The translations under genes and the position numbers were made by a program. A model generated the notes under the pieces. The model was not told where the DNA came from, searched no databases, and saw only the letters and a list, made by a program, of their open reading frames with translations. This document shows, piece by piece, positions 39,213-50,700 of a stretch of DNA of 64,000 nt. Source of the DNA: an uncultured Bulleidia sp. (lineage in GTDB: Bacteria > Bacillota_I > Bacilli_A > Erysipelotrichales > Erysipelotrichaceae); assembly GCA_963556805.1 (NCBI GenBank), contig CAUWCC010000003.1, positions 2,401-66,400 on the forward strand, read 5' to 3'. Positions within the stretch are counted from its first letter, which is position 1. Every line of letters starts with the position of its first letter.

Positions 39213-40172
39213 ATGATGAAAGGTTTTAGTCATACATGGAGGCGTAATGCGGTACCATCAGATCGTCATAAGCGAGCTGTTGCATATCGCCATACACCTT
39301 ATCATGCATATACATATAGATTTGATTCTTCTACCCTCTTTACAGAAGAGGATCTCTGTATTGGACATACAGAGAATATGGTAGAAGAGAGTGATGCTTT
39401 TCTCAAAGGTGATAGAGAAACACAAGAAACTTCTATAGAAGAGAAGGCAGTTGTGGAGGAAACAGTATCTGAACCTGTAGAAAAGAAGCGGAAGTCTGCT
39501 TTTAAACGTCGTAAGGAGCGTATTCAGGCTGAGAGAAATGCTGAGATCGATGCGTTAGTCGGTAGGAAGAAATATTCTCTGTGGGAGTTGATTGCAAAGC
39601 CATATGCTTGTATGAAGAATGAAGCTGTACAGGAATTGCCTGCTTCAGGGTTCTCAAGTTTTCTGAGAATATTCATCAAGTGGTTTGTTGCATCTTTTCT
39701 ATTATCTAAATATTTTGCTTCTTTGGTGAATTACTTTGATTTCAGTGTGCTTCGTGTCGGCTTTACACAGACAGCAGAGATGACATTTCGATTAGCGTTG
39801 ATGTTTACACTGTGTGAATCACTGACGTATTTTGTTTTGGGGATCGCTTCTAGATTTTCTAAAACACCATTGAGTTTTGGTAGATTGTTTGCGATCGGTT
39901 CTATGGACTGGATGGCAGAAATCATTGGATATTTGATTGCTGGCCTTATTGGAATGGCATTTCCGCTGCTGGCGTTTGCTATGTTGGTAGGTACAGCTGT
40001 ATTTGGTACTGTCTTACGGAATAAAGCGATTATGGAATGCAGTTCTACAAGAGTTGAGACCATTGCTTTTTTGACAGGTGTATGTGTCATTGCATCTATC
40101 GTATTTGTGTTCTTCTGGTTTGGTTTGACAGAAACAAAGATCATCGAGTTATTATTAGCGATCTATAGGTAA
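39213..40172 (+). CDS. Membrane protein of unknown function (charged N-terminal half, ~5 TM C-terminal half)
   Basis: 319-aa ORF with SD, upstream -10 and downstream terminator; the TM bundle loosely resembles Yip1-type domains. Confidence 0.7.
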   Translation: MMKGFSHTWRRNAVPSDRHKRAVAYRHTPYHAYTYRFDSSTLFTEEDLCIGHTENMVEESDAFLKGDRETQETSIEEKAVVEETVSEPVEKKRKSAFKRRKERIQAERNAEIDALVGRKKYSLWELIAKPYACMKNEAVQELPASGFSSFLRIFIKWFVASFLLSKYFASLVNYFDFSVLRVGFTQTAEMTFRLALMFTLCESLTYFVLGIASRFSKTPLSFGRLFAIGSMDWMAEIIGYLIAGLIGMAFPLLAFAMLVGTAVFGTVLRNKAIMECSSTRVETIAFLTGVCVIASIVFVFFWFGLTETKIIELLLAIYR

Positions 40173-40175
40173 GAT

Positions 40176-40201
40176 GAGCGGGCAAAAATGCTCGCTTTTT
40201 T
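40176..40201 (+). terminator. Intrinsic terminator
   Basis: GAGCGGGCA-AAAA-TGCTCGCTT plus T run. Confidence 0.75.
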
Positions 40202-40211
40202 ATGTGTGCTC

Positions 40212-40240
40212 TTTACAATCTAATATATTTATCTTATACT
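40212..40240 (+). promoter_or_regulatory. SigA-type promoter of the ribU leader
   Basis: TTTACA, 17 nt, TATACT. Confidence 0.75.
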
Positions 40241-40249
40241 ATTTAAGAT

Positions 40250-40358
40250 AAAACTCAGGGCAAGGTGAAATTCCTGACCGGCGGTATACCCCGCGAGTCT
40301 TTTGACTGAATCGGTGCAATTCCGATGGCGACAGTAAAGTCTGGATGAAAGAGAGTTA
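40250..40358 (+). ncRNA. FMN riboswitch (RFN element)
   Basis: CUCAGGGCAAGGUGAAAUUCCUGACCGGCGGU...CCGCGAG...GGUGCAAUUCC...GACAGU.AAGUCUGGAUGAAAGAGAG, directly upstream of ribU. Confidence 0.95.
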
Positions 40359-40383
40359 TCTGTCTTTTATATGTAATGATACC

Positions 40384-40417
40384 CGGAGGTTCTTTATCTA
40401 GAGACCCCGTTTTTTTT
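40384..40417 (+). terminator. Attenuator terminator of the FMN riboswitch
   Basis: CGGAGGTTCT/AGAGACCCCG imperfect stem plus T8, before the ribU SD. Confidence 0.7.
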
Positions 40418-40444
40418 ATGGGGGACAAGGAGGAGACCGACAAA

Positions 40445-41041
40445 ATGTCAAAAAAATCTTTTAACACGAAGACACTTACAAAGTGCGCTATCCTTTCTGC
40501 TGCGGCATGGATCCTTATGTTGTTTGAATTTCCGCTCCCTGTAGCACCTGTGTTCTACAAAGCTGATTTTTCGGAGGTTGCTGTACTAATTGGAGCATTC
40601 TCAATGGGGCCTTGGGCAGGTGTAGTGATCGAAGGAATCAAGATCGTATTGAACGTCTTGACGACTGGTACAAGTACTGCATATGTTGGTGAGTTGGCTA
40701 ACTTTATCATTGGCTGTGCATTTGTGCTGCCTGCGGCATGGATCTACCATCATAACAAGACACGGAAGAATGCGATCATTGGTTTAGCTGCTGGTACTGT
40801 GTTGATGGCATTGGTAGGATGTGTTGTGAATTATTTTGTTTTGATCCCGATGTATTCCACATTATATGGATTGCCATTGGATGCGATCATTGATATGGGC
40901 AGAGTTATCTTCCCGATTATTCACGATACTTTTACATTTGTGTGCTTTGCTGTTATGCCTTTCAATTTGATCAAGGGTATAGGTGTTTCAGTTGTTACAA
41001 CATTGCTTTATAAGCATGTTTCACCGATCCTGCATGCATGA
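40445..41041 (+). CDS. ribU: ECF-type riboflavin transporter S component
   Basis: LMLFEFPLP..PVFYKADFSEV.VLIGAF.MGP, VGELANF, PFNLIKG; preceded by FMN riboswitch. Confidence 0.92.
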   Translation: MSKKSFNTKTLTKCAILSAAAWILMLFEFPLPVAPVFYKADFSEVAVLIGAFSMGPWAGVVIEGIKIVLNVLTTGTSTAYVGELANFIIGCAFVLPAAWIYHHNKTRKNAIIGLAAGTVLMALVGCVVNYFVLIPMYSTLYGLPLDAIIDMGRVIFPIIHDTFTFVCFAVMPFNLIKGIGVSVVTTLLYKHVSPILHA

Positions 41042-41050
41042 TCGTTTGCC

Positions 41051-41076
41051 AGCTCCGCTTTTGCGGGGCTTTTTTC
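41051..41076 (+). terminator. Terminator after ribU
   Basis: AGCTCCGC-TTTT-GCGGGGCT plus T run. Confidence 0.8.
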
Positions 41077-41143
41077 TTGTTGGGCGGTTATAAGGATTGG
41101 ATTGGATATGTTATAATAGACTTTAATTAGCGGGGATGATGAT

Positions 41144-42010
41144 ATGGCAAAAATTACACGTACAGAGAAATATAGAGAGCTTAGAGAAAGTCTAGCAAAC
41201 GATCAGGGGCAGGAAGTTAGATCCAAAGAACTGGATCGTTTCCAGAGTAGATTAAATCGCTTGGATTCAGTCAACTTTGAGGCACCATATTCAACAAATA
41301 GTGATGCGGAAGAGCATGATCCGATCCATGCACGTCGCAGTACATATACAGAAGAAGCGGCCAATCATCTGGAAGAGTCACAGAATATTGACTTTGATAT
41401 TCCTAAAGAGGAAAAGAAGCCGGTATTCCAGGAACCTCAGCGTCGTGAGAATACTTACAATAGCAATGATTACCTGGATCGTTATATCAATGAGGTCAAG
41501 CAATATAATATCGACCAAGGTAATGCGGTGAGTGAGAACACGCAAGTAAATATCTTGAATCGTCTGCGTCAGGATGAGGTGCCACAGAAACCGTATCGTG
41601 AAGAGAGCAGATCGGACTATAAGAAGCCGGAAACAACGGAAGTTCCTTTCTTGAATACACAGCCTCGTAATGCACGTGATATTGCTTCTCAAGTTCAGCA
41701 TTTGGTAGATACAGGGCGTCAAGAGATGCCTTCTTCGGATACACGGAGTGAGCGTAGATCACATATGGATACGGATGAGTTTTCTCGTCATCTAGAGATG
41801 GAACGTACAACACGTCAGCAGTTGTTGGATGAGACAACGCAGATGAGAGCAAAGCTGGATGATTATGAAGATAATTTGAGTGAAGTGAGTGATAAGATGC
41901 GGCATACAAATCAGATCTTGAATACGGTACTGATCGTCTTGATCATTGCTTTGGTCTTTGTTTTGGGTGTTGTGATCTATTGGATCTTCTTGTCGAATGG
42001 AGGAAATTGA
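41144..42010 (+). CDS. Tail-anchored protein of unknown function
   Basis: Hydrophilic 260-aa N-terminus ending in a coiled coil and a single C-terminal TM (ILNTVLIVLIIALVFVLGVVIYWI); stop overlaps the cmk start. Confidence 0.75.
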   Translation: MAKITRTEKYRELRESLANDQGQEVRSKELDRFQSRLNRLDSVNFEAPYSTNSDAEEHDPIHARRSTYTEEAANHLEESQNIDFDIPKEEKKPVFQEPQRRENTYNSNDYLDRYINEVKQYNIDQGNAVSENTQVNILNRLRQDEVPQKPYREESRSDYKKPETTEVPFLNTQPRNARDIASQVQHLVDTGRQEMPSSDTRSERRSHMDTDEFSRHLEMERTTRQQLLDETTQMRAKLDDYEDNLSEVSDKMRHTNQILNTVLIVLIIALVFVLGVVIYWIFLSNGGN

Positions 42011-42687
42011 TGAAAATTAATATAGCAATTGACGGGCCTAGTGCGGCTGGTAAGAGTACGATCGCCAAGATCGCCGCAAAACAGCTTGGATATGTGCATT
42101 TGGATACAGGTGCAATGTATCGCTGCTGTGCTTTGAAGGCTGTTAGAAATGGACTTGATCTGGATGATGAGAAGGCGGTGAGTGATATGCTGGCTTCTAC
42201 GGATATTGTTTTGACATCAGAAGGAACTGTATACATGGATGGTGAAGATGTATCTGAGGCTATCCGTACAGATGAGAATAGTCTTGCGGCAAGTCATGTT
42301 TCACAATTGAAAGCAGTACGTAGTGAGATGGTGAGACGACAGATGGCTTTTGCTGCTGCTAAGGGTATTATTATGGACGGTAGGGATATTGGTACTGTTG
42401 TATTGCCAGATGCGGAGTTGAAGATCTTCATGACAGCTTCTGCTAAGGCGAGAGCACAGCGTCGTTATGATCAAAATGTCGCTATGCATTTGGAAACAGG
42501 TAGTGTAGATGAAATCGCTAAGGAGATCGAAGAACGTGATCATCAAGATATGACACGTAAGGAATCCCCGCTGCGTCAGGCAGAGGATGCGATCGTGCTG
42601 GATACAAGCAATATGACGATCGAAGAGGCTGCAGCATTCGTTTTGGCGAAGGCAGAGCCTTATGTGAAAGCAGGTGATGTGGAATGA
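42010..42687 (+). CDS. cmk: Cytidylate kinase
   Basis: [47 protein letters not shown]. Confidence 0.97.
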   Translation: MKINIAIDGPSAAGKSTIAKIAAKQLGYVHLDTGAMYRCCALKAVRNGLDLDDEKAVSDMLASTDIVLTSEGTVYMDGEDVSEAIRTDENSLAASHVSQLKAVRSEMVRRQMAFAAAKGIIMDGRDIGTVVLPDAELKIFMTASAKARAQRRYDQNVAMHLETGSVDEIAKEIEERDHQDMTRKESPLRQAEDAIVLDTSNMTIEEAAAFVLAKAEPYVKAGDVE

Positions 42688-43997
42688 AGAATGGTGTGAT
42701 TGCAATCGTTGGACGTCCGAATGTTGGTAAGTCTACAATTTTCAATCGTATAGCAGGTCAAAGAGTTTCCATCGTGGAGGATATTCCAGGTGTTACAAGA
42801 GACCGTATTTATGCATCTGGTGAATGGACAGGACATGAATTTCGTTTGATCGATACTGGTGGTATTCAGTTGTTGGATCAGCCGTTTCATGAAGAAATCT
42901 TGGCTCAGGTACAGATCGCGATCGAGGAAGCAGATGTGATTTTGATGGTCTGTGATGGCAATAGTGGTATGTCAGATGATGATAAGTACATTGCAGGTAT
43001 TTTGCAAAGGTCTGGTAAACCGGTCGTATTAGCTGTTAATCAGATCGATGATGATTCACGTATCCCAAATATTTATGAATTTTATGCGTTGGGTATTGGG
43101 GATCCAATTGCAGTATCTGGTGTGCATGGTATTGGTATTGGTGATGTGCTGGATGAATGTTTGGCTAAGATGCCTGATGAAGATCGTGAGGATGACTTTA
43201 AAGGTATTCGTATTGCGGTCATTGGACAGCCGAATGTCGGTAAGTCTTCGCTTGTCAATAAGATCTTGAATGAAGATCGTTCTATTGTTTCTAATATTCA
43301 AGGTACCACCCGCGATGCGGTGGATACACCTTTTGAGTTTGATGGTCGTCCGTATGTCATTGTGGATACAGCAGGTATTCGAAAGCGTGGTAAGGTATAC
43401 GAATCTATTGAGAAATATAGTGTATTGCGTGCGATGTCTGCAATTGAGAGATGTGATGCGGTATTGTTCTTGATCGATGGAGAGAAGGGTATTCGCGAAC
43501 AGGATAAGCATGTTGCAGGTTATGCGGCAGAAGCTGGTAAGCCGATCGTGATCGTTGTAAATAAGTGGGATGCAGTTGAGAAGGATGATAAGACGATGAA
43601 TAAGTTCATCGAGAAGATCCGTATCGAGTTTGCATATCTATCCTATGCACCGATCGTCTTTGTTAGTGCGAAGAGCGGTCAGCGTGTAGATACGATCATT
43701 CCGATGATCGATCGTGTATATGAGAATTCCAATCGTCGTATTGCAACAAATATCTTGAATGAGGTGATTGCGGATACACAGATCACAACCCCAGCACCAG
43801 CTCGTAACGGTAAGCGATTCAGAATCTATTATGCAACACAGGTGGCTGCTTGTCCGCCCACATTTGTGTTGTCATGCAATGATCCGAAATTGCTGCATTT
43901 CTCCTATCAAAGATTTATTGAAAACTCACTGCGGCAGGCATTTGACTTTGAAGGTACACCGATTAAAGTGATTGCAAGGAGGAAGATCTCAGAATGA
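42684..43997 (+). CDS. der: Ribosome biogenesis GTPase Der/EngA
   Basis: Two G domains ([12 protein letters not shown]; [12 protein letters not shown]), C-terminal KH-like FEGTPI. Confidence 0.98.
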   Translation: MKNGVIAIVGRPNVGKSTIFNRIAGQRVSIVEDIPGVTRDRIYASGEWTGHEFRLIDTGGIQLLDQPFHEEILAQVQIAIEEADVILMVCDGNSGMSDDDKYIAGILQRSGKPVVLAVNQIDDDSRIPNIYEFYALGIGDPIAVSGVHGIGIGDVLDECLAKMPDEDREDDFKGIRIAVIGQPNVGKSSLVNKILNEDRSIVSNIQGTTRDAVDTPFEFDGRPYVIVDTAGIRKRGKVYESIEKYSVLRAMSAIERCDAVLFLIDGEKGIREQDKHVAGYAAEAGKPIVIVVNKWDAVEKDDKTMNKFIEKIRIEFAYLSYAPIVFVSAKSGQRVDTIIPMIDRVYENSNRRIATNILNEVIADTQITTPAPARNGKRFRIYYATQVAACPPTFVLSCNDPKLLHFSYQRFIENSLRQAFDFEGTPIKVIARRKISE

Positions 43998-44992
43998 AAG
44001 TAGGTATTCTTGGTACAGGCAGCTGGGGTACAGCATTAGGACAGGTATTGTGTGATAATGGTTGCGATGTCATCATGTGGGGGGTTGATCCAGCACAGGT
44101 AGATGATATCAATCAGAATCATCATAATCATGTATATTTCGATGATCCGATCCATGAAGCATTGCATGCTTCTGCAGATATGACATGTGTTAAAGATGCA
44201 GATGTATTACTTGCGGCAGTTCCGACAATGGCTTTAGAAGATGTTTTGACAAAAGCAGCAGCTATTGTAGATCATCCGGTTATTGTTATTAATGTTGCAA
44301 AGGGTTTTCACCCTGTGACGCATGAACGTCTCAGCGTTGTGATACGGCATATTATGCCAGCTGAGAAATTGAAGGCAGTCGTATCTTTGATCGGACCAAG
44401 TCATGCGGAAGAAGTAATCAAGAGATTGTTGACATGCGTCAATGCAGTTAGTGAAGATGAAGAAAGTGCAAAAGCCATCCAGACACTGTTTTCTAATGAT
44501 TATTTCCGTGTATATCGCAACACAGATGTTGTTGGTGCTGAGATCGGTGTGGCCTTGAAGAATGTTATGGCGATCGCTTCTGGTATCTTGGAAGGTATGG
44601 GACAGGGTGTCAATGCACGTGCTGCCCTTATGACCCGTGGTCTTGCTGAGATGGCACGTTATGGTGTAGCATTTGGGGCAAAGCCGGAAACATTCCTTGG
44701 TCTTGATGGTGTCGGTGATTTGATCGTTACTTGTACATCTTCATTATCTCGTAATTTCTCTGCTGGTTATAAGATTGGTAAGGCAGGTGGAAGTAAGGAA
44801 TTCTTTGCTACGAATACAAAGACAGTTGAAGGCATCTTTGCATGCAAGGTCGTTTATGAGGAAGCAAAGAAGCGTGGTATCGATATGCCGATCACAAATG
44901 CAGTATATGCTGTTTTGTATGAAGGTATGAAACCGCAGGATGCGATCACAGCATTGATGCAGAGAGATCTGAAATCAGAAGAAAATAAGTAA
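43994..44992 (+). CDS. gpsA: NAD(P)H-dependent glycerol-3-phosphate dehydrogenase
   Basis: [42 protein letters not shown]. Confidence 0.97.
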   Translation: MKVGILGTGSWGTALGQVLCDNGCDVIMWGVDPAQVDDINQNHHNHVYFDDPIHEALHASADMTCVKDADVLLAAVPTMALEDVLTKAAAIVDHPVIVINVAKGFHPVTHERLSVVIRHIMPAEKLKAVVSLIGPSHAEEVIKRLLTCVNAVSEDEESAKAIQTLFSNDYFRVYRNTDVVGAEIGVALKNVMAIASGILEGMGQGVNARAALMTRGLAEMARYGVAFGAKPETFLGLDGVGDLIVTCTSSLSRNFSAGYKIGKAGGSKEFFATNTKTVEGIFACKVVYEEAKKRGIDMPITNAVYAVLYEGMKPQDAITALMQRDLKSEENK

Positions 44993-45000
44993 ATATGGGA

Positions 45001-45032
45001 AAGCGGAAGAGAAGGATCTTCTGCTTTTTTTT
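45001..45032 (+). terminator. Terminator after gpsA
   Basis: AAGCGGAAGA/TCTTCTGCTT stem plus T run. Confidence 0.8.
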
Positions 45033-45087
45033 GTGCTTGGATATAGAAAAAAGATCGACAGCAGTGCTGCCGATCTTATTATGATCC

Positions 45088-47616
45088 TCATTGTCCTGTA
45101 TTTGCGGGTTCCGGCGGAACTGGTTCCGGTGCTGGATCAATTGGAACTTCAGGTTGTGGGTTCGGTATTTCTGGTTCCGGTGCTGGATCAGGTGCTGGAG
45201 GAGCGGGTTCTACAGGATCTGGAGTAGGGTCTACAGGATCAGGTGCTGGAGCAACAGGCTGCTGTTCAGGCTGAGACTCTGGAGCAGGTTTATTTTCCTC
45301 TTCTTCCTTCTTTTCTTCTTCCGTCTGTGTAGCACCTTCATGATAAGCAATATTATTGCCCTTTACATATCCCTTCGGTGTTACACGATAAGAATCAGAC
45401 ATGTTGTTGACCTGCGGTGTATTTGCAAGGCCTGTTTTAGAAACAGTAGATGTAATCGTCTGGCCAGCTGTTCTACCTGCATTAACATGTGGCCAAGTTC
45501 CTTTGACATATGATACTTGCTGCAGATCATCACTTGGAACTTTCAATTCCTGTTGTGCATCAGGAGTAATCGATGCTTGCAAATCGATCAGTTCAGAATT
45601 AATCTTACCAGCAATGTTTTGCGCTTGCTTCCATTGTGCAAAGTAGGTATTTTGACCAGCAATGGCTTTATCATAACCCGTCCATACAGCATTTGTGTAT
45701 TTCGAGTTGGAAGATACCATCCATTCATCCTTGGCAGAACCATTCGGGATACCATATTGTAAACCAGAAGCATCCCAGTCTGTTGTGCCAGTCTTTGCAA
45801 ATACCGGCCAGCTTCTACGCAGGATATACATATAGTTGAAATACTTTGTTTGGGAAACGTTATTTTGCATCAAGGAAGCAGCGAGATACGCACTTCCAGG
45901 GGAAAGAACTCGTTGATTTAGATTTTGTGGGTAATAAGTATCACCATTTGTCATCTCAATATGCTTGATCGTATGCGGTTTGTTGTAGACACCAAGGTTC
46001 ATAATGGCCGCATGGGCACCAGCAAGCTGTTCAACTGTCGCTGTAAATTCATTTGAACCAATTGCTACCCAATAGAAATAGTTATCTACGGTAACAGAAT
46101 CAAAGCCAAGACTCTTCATATAGGCAACAACTTTCTCGGTGCCGATCTTTTCCGTAACTTTCTCCAAAGTCATAATGGCTGGAATATTACGAGAATCCGC
46201 AACGGCATCTTTAATATTCATAACACCAAGATATTTACCATCGTAGTTGGAGATCGTACGTTTTTCACCAGGATAGGAATACTTCATATCCACAAGAGTT
46301 TCATCCATTGAGAAACCTAAATACTCAAAACCAAGGGCATATGGAATGATTGGTTTGACGGTAGAACCAGGCTGATGGTAAGCATCTGTGGCACGGTTCA
46401 TCAAACGAGAACCACCATCTGCACCATAGTTTCGACCACCGCCGATACCGACGATTTCACCAGTGCTATGATCCATAGAAACGATAGCTGACTGCATCAG
46501 TTCATCAGGATATTGAACGGAAGTTTTACCTGCTTCAATATCAATGATCTTATTCTGCACATCAGGATCCATGGAAGTGTAGATGTCCATGCCTTTGATA
46601 ACAGGATCATAACCCGTCAATTCGATGGCTTCATTGATCACGACATCGATATATTCTTGGTATTTCGAATTTGTATCAATGATATCTGCTGCTTCACCAA
46701 CAAGCTGATCTTCTACTTTGATAGAAGAAGCAAGCTCATATTCATCATGATTGATATAACCATGATATTCCATCATACGCAGTACTTCATTGCGGCGGTT
46801 TGTTGCATAATCCAAATAATAATAAGGATTATACGTATTTGGAAGATTGATGATACCAGCTAACAGTGCTGATTCAGAAATGTTCAATTCAGAACATGAT
46901 TTACCGAAATAATAGCGTGCTGCCATCTCAGCACCACGGATATTCTGACCAAAATTGAGGCGGTTGAGATACAACTCAAAGATCTCTTGTTTATCCAGCT
47001 TATTTTCCAGTTGCAAGGATAATACGATCTGCTTTACCTTGTATGGAATACCGTGACCAGAAGAGTAAGAGGTACTCTTATCACCATCATCTACAGAGAA
47101 ATAGCTGTTCTTGACCAGCTGCATGGTGAATGTAGAACCACCCTGACCACCTGTAAGATCACCATTTTTCAGGTTGGAGATCGCAGCAGCCGCAAAACGT
47201 GGTACGTCAAATCCGTTATGCTGGAAGAAACGTGAATCCTCGATGGAAAGGAAAGCATCGATAAGTGATTCTGGAAATTGATCATAGCTGACATTTTCAC
47301 GATAGTATGTACCAAGCTCGATCATGAGATTACCATCTGCATCATAGATGTTAGAACTTTCTTCACCAACGAAGTCATTGACATTCAACTTCGGCATATC
47401 GAGAGTCATGACGCGTACTGCACCTAAGCCGATCAGACCAATAATAAGATAGACGACTAAAATACATACGAAAGCGATCGTCCATTTGCGCATTCGTTTC
47501 TGCCTTTGCAGGAACTTGCGGCGGCTTCTAGTTTTTTTACGCTGCTCGGAATTCAATGTATAGACCCTGTTGTTTTCTTGTCTGCAGGGAGACGTTTGTT
47601 TTTTCTCTTTGCCCAT
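45088..47616 (-). CDS. ponA: Class A penicillin-binding protein (PBP1A/PonA) with Pro-rich tail
   Basis: TM anchor; glycosyltransferase motifs IEDSRF, GGST.TMQLVK, K..I.E.YLN; transpeptidase STVK, SRN, KTGT. Confidence 0.9.
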   Translation of the reverse strand: MGKEKKQTSPCRQENNRVYTLNSEQRKKTRSRRKFLQRQKRMRKWTIAFVCILVVYLIIGLIGLGAVRVMTLDMPKLNVNDFVGEESSNIYDADGNLMIELGTYYRENVSYDQFPESLIDAFLSIEDSRFFQHNGFDVPRFAAAAISNLKNGDLTGGQGGSTFTMQLVKNSYFSVDDGDKSTSYSSGHGIPYKVKQIVLSLQLENKLDKQEIFELYLNRLNFGQNIRGAEMAARYYFGKSCSELNISESALLAGIINLPNTYNPYYYLDYATNRRNEVLRMMEYHGYINHDEYELASSIKVEDQLVGEAADIIDTNSKYQEYIDVVINEAIELTGYDPVIKGMDIYTSMDPDVQNKIIDIEAGKTSVQYPDELMQSAIVSMDHSTGEIVGIGGGRNYGADGGSRLMNRATDAYHQPGSTVKPIIPYALGFEYLGFSMDETLVDMKYSYPGEKRTISNYDGKYLGVMNIKDAVADSRNIPAIMTLEKVTEKIGTEKVVAYMKSLGFDSVTVDNYFYWVAIGSNEFTATVEQLAGAHAAIMNLGVYNKPHTIKHIEMTNGDTYYPQNLNQRVLSPGSAYLAASLMQNNVSQTKYFNYMYILRRSWPVFAKTGTTDWDASGLQYGIPNGSAKDEWMVSSNSKYTNAVWTGYDKAIAGQNTYFAQWKQAQNIAGKINSELIDLQASITPDAQQELKVPSDDLQQVSYVKGTWPHVNAGRTAGQTITSTVSKTGLANTPQVNNMSDSYRVTPKGYVKGNNIAYHEGATQTEEEKKEEEENKPAPESQPEQQPVAPAPDPVDPTPDPVEPAPPAPDPAPEPEIPNPQPEVPIDPAPEPVPPEPANTGQ

Positions 47617-47773
47617 AATTTACTTTTCCTCTTATCTGCATTATTTTATCACATAGACACTATTATATTCTTTGTTTTGTATTAAACATAAGAAACACTT
47701 CCCGTGTGTTGTCCGTTTCTTAGGATTGATGTTTTATGCGACATATGCATGCTGGAGATTGTATAATGTCGGT

Positions 47774-50700
47774 ATGACAGTTCATTTACACGTACGCAGC
47801 AGTTATTCGCTGCTAAAAAGCACGATCAAGATCCCAGATCTTGTAAGAAAAGCAAAGGAAGCAGGCATGTCTGCGGTTGCCTTGAGTGATCACAATGTGA
47901 TGAATGGTACAGCAGAGTTTCTTTCTTGGTGTCAAAAAGAGGGGATCAAACCGATTATTGGTATGGAGACAGACTGTCTCTACCATGATCGTATTGTCCC
48001 CTTCTTACTTTTGGCACGTGATGATATCGGCCTGAAGGGATTGTTCAAGTTATCCAGCATTATGGCAGTGGAACATCGGCCTTGTACTTTAGAAGAATTG
48101 CAAGCATATAAGAAAAATTGTTTTGTGATCGTATATGGTGAAGGTGGTTGGTTCGACAGTGAGTTGATGCATAAAGATATGGCAGGTGTGAGGGAGAAGC
48201 TGACGATCATGCAAGCAGAGATCGGTACGTTTGATGTTGCCTTGTCATATCAGGATTCTTTTTTCTGGTCGGAATTAAATGCATCCTTGCGCCAGACTGC
48301 TGCTATATTGCACATTCCATGTGTAGCTGTAAATAAGATTTATTATTTAGAGAAAGACGGCTGGGGGGCATTGCGAGCAGTTAGGGCAATTGCCGAGAAT
48401 AAGAAGTTGTCAGATACATCACTGCCGCCATTGAAGGGCAGGTATTTTAAGGATGAACAAGAGATGCAAGCTTTGTATGATACTGAAGTATTGCAGCGTA
48501 CAGAAGAGATCGCATCGCAATGTTTTGTAACAGGAAAGACATTGCATACATCATTGCCTGCTTATCCACTGCCTCCAGGTGTTAGTGCAGAACAATTTTT
48601 AACAAAGTTATGTGCAGCTGGTTTGAAGAAGAGATGCCATGGAAACGTAGATGATCGCTATACAGCAAGGTTGAAGTATGAGTTATCGGTCATCATACGT
48701 ATGCATTTTGAAGATTATTTCTTGATCGTTTATGATTACATCTTATTTGCAAAGAAACACGGCATTCGTGTAGGGCCTGGGCGAGGTAGTGCTGCTGGTT
48801 CGTTAGCAGCATATTGTCTTGGTATTACAGAAGTAGATCCTTTGCAATATGGCCTTCTTTTTGAACGATTCTTAAATCCAGAACGCGTCTCTATGCCGGA
48901 TATCGATACTGACTTTCCAGATGATAAACGTAATGAGGTCATTGCTTATGTAAGAGAAAAATATGGGCGGGAGCATACGGCTGGTATTGTTGCATACGGC
49001 ACTTTGAAACCTAGGGCTGCAGTGCGCTATGCTGGTAAGATCTTGGATCTCTATGAACCGGATGTGAATGTCTTTCTAAAGGTCTTAGGTGATCCGCGTA
49101 AATTGCATCTTGAAGATGCAGTACAGCAGAATAGAAGATTGCAACGTATGATCAGTACAGAGAAGAAATATAGTGATCTATATGCCATTGCAAAAGATTT
49201 AGAAGATTTGCCGCGCAACTTGACGCAGCATGCTGCTGGGGTAGTGATCTCTAAAGATGTATTGACAGATGTAGTACCGATGGCAGATATTGGTTCTGAT
49301 CTTTTGGTAACACAGTTTGAAGCAAAATACTTAGAAGAAAGAGGTTTGATTAAGATGGACTTTTTGGGTCTGCGTAATCTCTCTATCATTGATCGTATCG
49401 TTTTGGATATTCAAAAGAAAGAACCTCTCTTTTCTTTGCGGCAGATCGATTACAACGATCCTATGATAAGTGAAGTATTTCAAAAAGGAGATACAGCAGG
49501 TATCTTCCAGTTTGAAGCAGATGATATGAAAAGGTTCTTACGGCAGTTGAAGCCGGATTGCTTTACAGAGATCACAGCTGCGAATGCTTTGAGAAGACCT
49601 GGTGCAAGTGATGGGATCCCTGACTATATTGCAAATCGTAATGATTCTACTCATATCCAATGGTTGGATGAGAGCTTGAAACCGATCTTAAAAGAGACAT
49701 ACGGTATCATGGTATACCAGGAACAAGCTATGCAGACGGTACAGAAGATGGCTGGTTTTTCCCTTGGAAAGGCAGATCTTTTACGTAAGGCGATCTCTAA
49801 GAAAGATGAGCAGCAAATGCAGGAGATGGCCAGGTCGTTTGTAAGTGGTTGTATCAAGAATGGATATACAGAAGAAAAAGCACAGGAAGTCTGGAAAGTA
49901 ATCGCTAAGTTTGGTGAATATGGCTTCAATAAGTCACATGCTGTAGCATATACGATGATCTCTTGCCAGCTGGCTTATCTGAAAGTGAGATATCCGTTAT
50001 ACTTTTATTGTTCATTACTGAATGGGGTGATCGGTGATAGTAGTAAGACGGCTGTATATGTAGATGAATGCCGCCGTCAAGGTATAACCATAGAAGGACC
50101 ATCAGTGGTGCATTCAACTGATCTCTATATGATAGAAGATACGGTCTTACGCATGCCATTGTCATGTATCAAAGAAGTTGGTACCAGTGCCGCAAAAGCA
50201 TTGACAGAAACTCGTGAAGAGTATGCTTTTACTGATTTTTATGATTTTGTAAGCAGGGTAGATTTAGCAGGTCTGCGTCGTAGTACACTAGAGAATATTA
50301 TTAAAGCAGGGGCGGCAGATGAGTTTGGATTAAGTAGAAACACGATGTTGCAAGGTTTGGATAACGTACTTTCTTATGCAGAACTATCACATGTAAAAAA
50401 GAACGGAAAGATCGTGATGGATTATGACTTGATCAGCAAACCGCGTTTGATCCAGTATAAAGATCTTGATTTCGAAAAGTCACTGCGGGAGAAAGAAGTG
50501 CTTGGTTTTTCTTTGCATGATGATGCAATCCGAGCCGTAAAGCAGCATTTCAATATTGATACACCAGGATTGGCAGCGATCACTGCTCAGTATGGTAAAG
50601 AAGTGAAGGGGTTTGGTTTGATCACCAACATCCGTGAGCTGGTATCGAAACAAGGTCGCAAATACTGCCGCTTGTATGTGACAGATGGTATGACGGATGT

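Noticed and set aside
47774-48560. Degenerate PHP metal ligands in DnaE (HVRS; VNKIYY instead of TNDVHY)
   Set aside because: A non-proofreading PHP domain and short C-terminus are expected for DnaE in PolC-containing Firmicutes.
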